A DNA stretch of 64,000 nt, from positions 434,001 to 498,000 of the forward strand of contig CP128818.1 of NCBI GenBank assembly GCA_051546255.1, given 5' to 3'. This stretch comes from Meyerozyma guilliermondii (Eukaryota). Of this stretch, positions 61,901 to 64,000 are shown one piece after another; within the stretch, counting starts at the first letter, position 1, and each line of letters opens with the position of its first letter. The position numbers and the translations under genes are program-made. Under the pieces are notes generated by a model. The model was not told where the DNA came from, made no database searches, and worked only from the letters and a program-made list of their open reading frames with translations.

Positions 61901-62320
61901 GCCCAGGTTAACACGATTCAGCCAAACGATGTCAATGACAATACGCTTTTGTTTGGAGTACGGATCTTGATGAGTACTTTCAATGACGAGAATTTCCAAA
62001 ACCAGATTCCTTGGGATTATATTCGTTACATCATTGGCACCATTGTGTATGGAGGGCTCGTTGTATCAAGTACAGAGCGCAACTACATTACAGAATTGGC
62101 GAGATGTGTCTTCTGTATAGAAGCACTAGAGGAGAATTACAGTTTGATCAAAGGAGAATTGTCACTTCCGGAACCAGATTTTGAATCTACTTCTCAATGG
62201 CTCAATGCTATTCCAGAGCAAACTCCTCTAGCATGGATTGGTTTACCTGACGAAATAGGATTGAAGGTTAGAGAGGCAGAGGTGAAATTTATAGCTGAAA
62301 CTTGTGTTCAGTTCAAATAG
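49919..62320 (+). CDS. DYN1: Cytoplasmic dynein heavy chain (an in-frame ATG also exists at 49820)
   Basis: P-loops GPAGTGKT, GRAASGKS, GPPGSGKT and GAPASGRT; CFDEFNRL; stalk with the PPAAVK microtubule-binding domain; ~4100 aa. Confidence 0.96.
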   Translation: MSRLALLDHISRFLNVDLNQINDFHRRLDLFTTHNGSDVMYIVANGTRAEVLGDSTVPFNLDFGTLIVIIKPKGVFIVSDLYIWNVPLGISGNESFEGVRSLLSLGLVPYFESIVSDSHLNLGQTLGKTRLKFNELSLALQHLQQTIETPDLAQSAHPAIRKIAGSSDADLRHLAEDPEILNQVNNTVISWVRQIKNVTTLDHSPQSSESIIDHFHFWKSMDLALKALQHQLKSPEVRYSLQVLNLGKRQRVVTSFENDTGLEEALARCKTINDVLKDIPIEEVLSISGQDEMAFSKLESAIQSVFTYLRRLKNHANFSTSRSIDLVTGIANEIVSKILHTLRDKDILELDITAFDDLIQQGHSTLNVLEDNIKSVVELLRELSRKRDERFSAIKVDQSSSAILKERLTELSSLRHQHEELLQTFYIAHKESDNIHLLRQSWNHLKSDTDPFDISKKGSAFWDSNVKIYMESYNSALSDLQNLYSARFRDCQDTSQMAMILSEYSGKGIDETLPSLLLDADKIKILQVAQKEVERLQEIHSKLGLSMGRRSQESDIIPTLNMRRGLLARASFIMDVLRRAIGNWEHYSTGSRLENDMRAFVTIIDPVIIFQNWLTVVKDEVLPKIAACAQASIFRTTKIELKSQREVAVALDVSIVTQYNNFREFSGLGFEMPLPVHKSFTGLASVISIATSINESLDFVKGALEEYRESLGGNEGSITQKLLIKPIQDVLEKCSKLSSFRWFHFQNFVELNEFAFSGDSIIESQAIGSFYNFQKLVQILHEKFILFNGFNQRLQSMYDDLERCEYTQKSIELSLSLIQLELQKIALYDSEIITVLVDQINLEVLKILARKCQAMLSLLGLSIQGSHLSVFEHTASFEERSIVIYPPLESTKAALVSQINDFLQIVERQNQISSEQGTERKNYVVSQALSESIASTLSIIDHVLDDAKSYFNLWVAFLNLWDIDVKEGSDSNVLLAGVSSFKEWNNLLKSVSNSASILETSTYQKGCMTINFSRILPRAQLRFDKFYNTFLDVVSSVLQSNLALILQEVDSAVRVLESSFEHKKTFESKILFIKFILQVELKLLEWVNGYKIAKEMNSTLTANQYKGDDQLSYLDPEQLNNRLSVAESLRKLRLSQSLKITDEIRSNIENAARTFGDLVNSFKLEWLSQDILHTTALPPVVFEKLMKYKKECLDLQQLHTAYEVVASFLQAEITLPDKRLLEVFNGQIDDLVTTWKQILNLWESLKCIKDLKWASTSSLEVRQKLENILKASRDMSEAVQEFDTIKHLQRSIKSFLKNFRMINDLKSGSLENRHWKQIVSLLGMGDLDTENITWGTILDLDLEKNKTRINSVLSQAAAELTLKATLDDMQAHWYSLTFTYYDFNGICSLVRNGKKLLDNCDQNVRTLSSMKSSTYFKVFEADATLFENRLNQFILLLGTFVEIQRVWVYLYGVFGQNRTEVRAILPIESTRFQNITYEFFEVLKKIRSQESARSILEILNVSILFKELWESLQRISRALNDFLERQREIFPRFYLIGNEDLLELMSGSNDGAIINKHIKKMFFGVSSLVIVSSEITEIKSDDDECLKLANPVSLSKYERLIDWLKEFEYEVKHSLAVSTKKYLDEYGSLFESPEPSLVRKFVLTAPGQVQFLVSKVKFTELVLQAIPAGTISRRIEEQQRLLNLLTAYSAEIKISCRRKLEHLIIEEVHNRDILISLKDLDSEAAASRLRTEQLYFFDQTEEPIVTRMKVVQGGGSFTYGFEYLGVPDKLAYTPLIDKCNLTMTQALAQKLGGAPFGPAGTGKTEAIKSLGYNFGQMVVLFCCDETFDFQAMSRLFVGICRLGCWGCFDEFNRLNDKILSAVSSQIEKIESSLVEGLSHITLSDKTLEVQNGTAIFITMNPGYAGRYELPENLKRLFVGFSMNEPDRNVIAEVLLSSRNFIAARELSVVFVSFLKDLASSTTKQVHYDFGLRALKRCIDCCAALFLKTHKEADITSLEHQQKLCVLQSLYETILPKLVEDDIHIFHQLVTKYFDGFSVDLGEDALIDKVETIAAKRGLAMSETFIQKIVQLYRVQRNHQGVILVGRAASGKSVVQSLLLLALEELEGIESLTFVIECKIMSKEELFGSLDPITRDWNDGLITSILRRINNNLRGELNKRIWIVFDGDVDPDWAENLNSVLDDNKILTLPNGERIRFPPNVRLIFEVANLTYATPATVTRCGMVYFNEGTVTAEMALQHNRFNFEKTIKGFGKSNIDMEWICEEMSESDNAAIILEALDFSQKQLHVMEFDKIRAIRTFFIRLQAYFRAFLGSNDYYSREDVCKYFRKAFILSLAWAIAGDCSLKEKEVFSKFLVNRAWKQEWKEMGSDFVCIDYGISLPNSAWRPWSLSVIQLDLQPQDVMSADTVVPTTDTLRHEDLIFSLINEHEPIILCGPPGSGKTMTVMEALRRSPNMDIIPINFSKDSPPQLLIKSLETHCVYKRLNNSLVLAPKVSGKWAVVFCDEINLPAYDKYGSQKIIAALRQLVEWKGFWLRNEWVKLQNILFVGACNPSTDQGRNILPDRFLRHATIIMVDHPGEMSLRQIYLTFNRALLNLAPNLKGFCNHLTEAMLDSYHRCLDYLPHQNASLYVYSPRELTRWCRGILMILREKEHTLVSSLLRAWYHEGLRIFCDRLSEEVDRIWIKEQLKFALESRFPGLRADEVLKSPLLYSRWITLRYEEVNPADLIPLMNERFKLFGEEEKDMSLIVYDDLLDYVLRIDRVLRQPQGHMILVGAPASGRTTLCRFVAWMNGLKVFQLVTHYNYTLSDFEEFLRGVLRSCAKGEGVCLMIDECSVIDISFIERMNSILANAEAPGLYEGEDLHALFSLCKEQSQLQGLSLETEDELLGWFRSEISANLHVIFTMSDSSRIISSPALLNRCVLSWMGDWSDHSMFQIALDVIGKTPLDSSEYMIPETFNKIVPDNISSLYEVVADSLVASHRIAGKVAIEEASSIVGGLHSPAFFIRLLDEFLKIYLRRAASLEEMQSHTTTGLNRLRGAVLEVKALKQQLSDKKVQLAKKDSEAKDTLNKLLTDQNEAERRQEFSVETQSALARQEKDIHERRKIVMADLADAEPAVLAAQKGVQNIKKQHLTELRSMGNPPAAVKMTMESVCILLGYEVTSWRDVQSIIRKDDFIANIVNFDNEKQVTPDLLEYMEKIYLSRSDYSYDVVDRASKACGPLLAWVKAQLSYATILDKIEPLREEVRLIESHARKTKAQLIAIDQMIQELDGEIETLKENYMLLIRETESIRLEMTTVENKMSRSLRLIESLNSEKDRWHSTIEKFGLFRRNLVGNSIISAAMATYTGALSEHARRVLVVQWKEKLQESGVLFDDGKSDLKTLAELDRKLFWKDWGLSQDELNIQNIIIIEEGISSGYVPLIVDPEDSIPTFISNLNSPQKTVIASFLDPSYVTSVENALKFGTPILIKDAEFYNHNLDPILRRDFQRNGGRAVVKFNSNEVDVNPGFKLFMHTKDSNLNLSSFVASRVLTVNFTISNSSLETQVLDLILKTFNLEIQKQRNEAISLQDKYEVLLHDIESDLLSTLNQADGRFLENDTVVDSLEEIKTRAQDMDNRYKVASEVLKNAKDVCDSYSTTTHHVRDIFKAFGFFSNTSTFYNFSLTFLLQLFIELLNWQIDPKSPDFIKRLYEEAFKWISSTMTQRDRIAAAVILYRVYVKISEGEIADAWYHKILKAIKNGDQEGLLDLVVGSLGNEVEAEDKPKSESELQANVLKIISGNSDLAPSSDLLKAFLFHKSSDLSWPEQVLGEMMNLGKNLNIHFFRDQFEFKDWVLGKDHQVFLLPSLRGSDATLTIERLARLNEKKLTIISMGTIEGTETADMDIEGAALSGKWILVQNGHLALHWLTTLPTKFSGLNLHPSFRLFITCSLSSTIPSALLMLAHVLMFETPPSLRSNVQVSVKLVRDMMESQSLSKAHKKVIILLAWFHSIVLERLRYAQVNTIQPNDVNDNTLLFGVRILMSTFNDENFQNQIPWDYIRYIIGTIVYGGLVVSSTERNYITELARCVFCIEALEENYSLIKGELSLPEPDFESTSQWLNAIPEQTPLAWIGLPDEIGLKVREAEVKFIAETCVQFK

Positions 62321-62425
62321 TACACAATATAACCTGCAATGCTTGCTAATTTCATTATGTATACAAAATTAGTACCAACTTTTTTAATGTTGACTACATA
62401 ATATCACACCAAATCACCTTGATGC

Positions 62426-63119
62426 TTACTCCTCATCCTCTTCCAAGGTCTGAGCAGCGATACGGTCCAAATCTCTTTGACCGTTCTCGGAGATTCTTCT
62501 ACCACCCTTTGGCGAGATCTCAACAACACCAATCTTCTCCAAGGATTGCAACACCTTTCTGTTGATGGAACCAGAAGCATCAACGTGCTTGTGTGGTCTG
62601 AAACCTCTGTTCTTAGCACCACCGTATAACTTGTTCAACTTACCAACACCAACTTGCTTTCTCAAGTAGATGTGTCTGGCAACGGAAGCGGCTCTCTTGT
62701 AGTACCAAGTCTCGGCCTCTTGAGGTGGCAATTCGTTACCGGCGGAGGTCTTGACAATGTCAACGTAACCTGGAACCTCCAACTTACCTTGACGCTGCAA
62801 GAATTGGGCGTAAGCGTTAATAAAGTCCTGAGCTTCAACGTCTCTGAATGTTAGTAATGATTCCAATAATAAGAGCTGTGAATGCCAAACTTGGAGAATA
62901 TAGCCCATAAATGCCCCAGACTCCATGAATGTCATTGGGATCACCATTTCCTAACCATAGACATGGATTTGCATGGATTGATAATTTTTCAAGGTTGATG
63001 TAAAGTGCCTTTTAGTCTACTTTGAGGCTCGGGTATGTCTCTAGTTTTGTCTTGTTCACATATTATAGCTCCAAATGTTTGTCTCCGTGCTTTACTTACC
63101 TAACGGAATGACCAGCCAT
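62426..63119 (-). CDS. RPS19: 40S ribosomal protein S19 (eS19); exons 63119-63100 and 62843-62426 (145 aa)
   Basis: MAGHSVR/DVEAQDFINAYA...ELPP...WYYKRAASVARHIY...GQRDLDRIA. Confidence 0.96.
62844..63099 (-). other. RPS19 intron (256 nt)
   Basis: GTAAGT donor at 63099, TACTAAC at 62856-62850 and CAG acceptor ending at 62844. Confidence 0.95.
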
Positions 63120-63244
63120 GATGTCTTATTATTTCACGATGTTCTCAGTCAAACGAGTGGTGAATTTTTTTCGCTGCTTGGGACTGCGTGCAGGAAGCGG
63201 TGTGCAGTTTCAAAATTACCCTCGTGAGCGATCGCAGTCACACG

Positions 63245-63252
63245 CACGTGAT
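63245..63252 (-). promoter_or_regulatory. Cbf1-type site ATCACGTG upstream of RPS19
   Basis: Exact RTCACGTG ~130 nt upstream of the ATG. Cbf1 (with Tbf1) is an established ribosomal-protein gene regulator in C. albicans. Confidence 0.55.
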
Positions 63253-63273
63253 GCGTGTCAAGTATGGAGACTA

Positions 63274-63999
63274 CTAGTCCCATATGCTACTTCTCTTCCG
63301 CTGGGGGAGACAGTACTGCTGAAAATCAAGTAAGGTGAGCTGCAGAGTCCAGAACCGGTTTTCAGCTTCCGTTTCGTCTCTTTGCTCTAGTTGGTGTATG
63401 GATGCAATGTTCAGGTATACCACGGCGTAAGATTCTGGTCGTCTGTATCGGGGTGAATTGAAGCTATAACGGGTCCGTATTGTAGCATTTGAATGGTTTT
63501 CGGGTATTTTCAAGTGCTGGCGTATCAAAGTGTCGTCGGCAACAGACCAACATTTTTCCAATTGAAGAAAGTCAATTTCGCAGCCATTTAATTCACGAAT
63601 ACGAGCAATTGTGTTCACAGCAGCGTCTAGTGCTTGGAGATGGGACTCGTCTATGACTTCGCCATACTTCCATTGGAACTCCTTGACGTTGAAAAGTTGG
63701 AAAATTTGAGCCAATGTGTGAAAATTTAAAAGGTGCCAGGAATGAAATGCAAATGATGGGTCAATAAGTGTGAAACAAAAATTTGGTTTTGGCGAGTTTT
63801 TAGTGCAGAATCGCGTCGGATTTGGGACTTGGAGCTGTACCAATATACTAATGTCAACGCTGAGCGAAGTTATTTCTGAGGAAAGTAGCGAATTTAAAAG
63901 CTTTTCAGAAGCCTTCAGGTGGCTGCTGCAGGGCCAATTTCTATCGTCTTCCTGAAAAGATCGTCGGGCGACGTGCAAGCCTACCCTTTGTATTTGCGA
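63274..63999 (-). CDS. Hypothetical protein, 3' part; frame is open to the window edge
   Basis: At least 241 uninterrupted codons with ordinary amino-acid composition; no motif recognised. Confidence 0.55.
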   Translation of the reverse strand, partial: SQIQRVGLHVARRSFQEDDRNWPCSSHLKASEKLLNSLLSSEITSLSVDISILVQLQVPNPTRFCTKNSPKPNFCFTLIDPSFAFHSWHLLNFHTLAQIFQLFNVKEFQWKYGEVIDESHLQALDAAVNTIARIRELNGCEIDFLQLEKCWSVADDTLIRQHLKIPENHSNATIRTRYSFNSPRYRRPESYAVVYLNIASIHQLEQRDETEAENRFWTLQLTLLDFQQYCLPQRKRSSIWD

Positions 64000-64000
64000 C

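Noticed and set aside
22520..62320. Numerous 60-190 aa antisense or alternate-frame ORFs inside TRA1, the ABC gene, ALR1 and DYN1
   Set aside because: Expected shadows of long coding regions; no motifs.
62844..62947. N-terminal extension of the RPS19 ORF (MVIPMTF...)
   Set aside because: It is intron sequence; the true exon 1 is 63119-63100.
62844..63099. Intronic snoRNA in RPS19
   Set aside because: No C box (TGATGA) on the sense strand and no convincing H/ACA layout by eye.

Overview
Gene-dense eukaryotic (budding yeast) chromosomal DNA from a CUG-Ser clade species. CTG falls at invariant Ser positions in RFC2, HEM13 and ALR1, so the supplied ORF track mistranslates CTG as Leu. A Meyerozyma/Debaryomycetaceae-like organism is my guess from compactness and protein style, not a verified identification. 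About 26 protein-coding loci, in order: PPS1 (5'-partial), EAP1, RFC2, WHI2, YAE1, MVP1 (two ~45-nt introns), DPP1, an ethanolamine/choline kinase, GCN2, MRE11, ATP11, ZIM17, HEL2, GEP4, TRA1, an SDR, FIG1, CST26, an aldo-keto reductase, a CDR/PDR5-type ABC transporter, HEM13, ALR1, DYN1, RPS19 (one intron) and a partial unknown ORF. Most of the window is ordinary housekeeping sequence, and I see no clear new multi-gene system, CRISPR array, RNA gene or intact mobile element. The most unusual part is 34.0-45.6 kb. It holds a CDR transporter broken by an apparent 2-nt deletion just before Walker A, a bacterial-looking SDR whose catalytic Tyr is Asn, and a long divergent promoter with PDRE-like sites, a TTTTGACA array and a possible decayed ORF. 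Two related TATGAC repeat arrays sit in inverted orientation at the ends of this block. All gene names come from recognised motifs; no database search was run.
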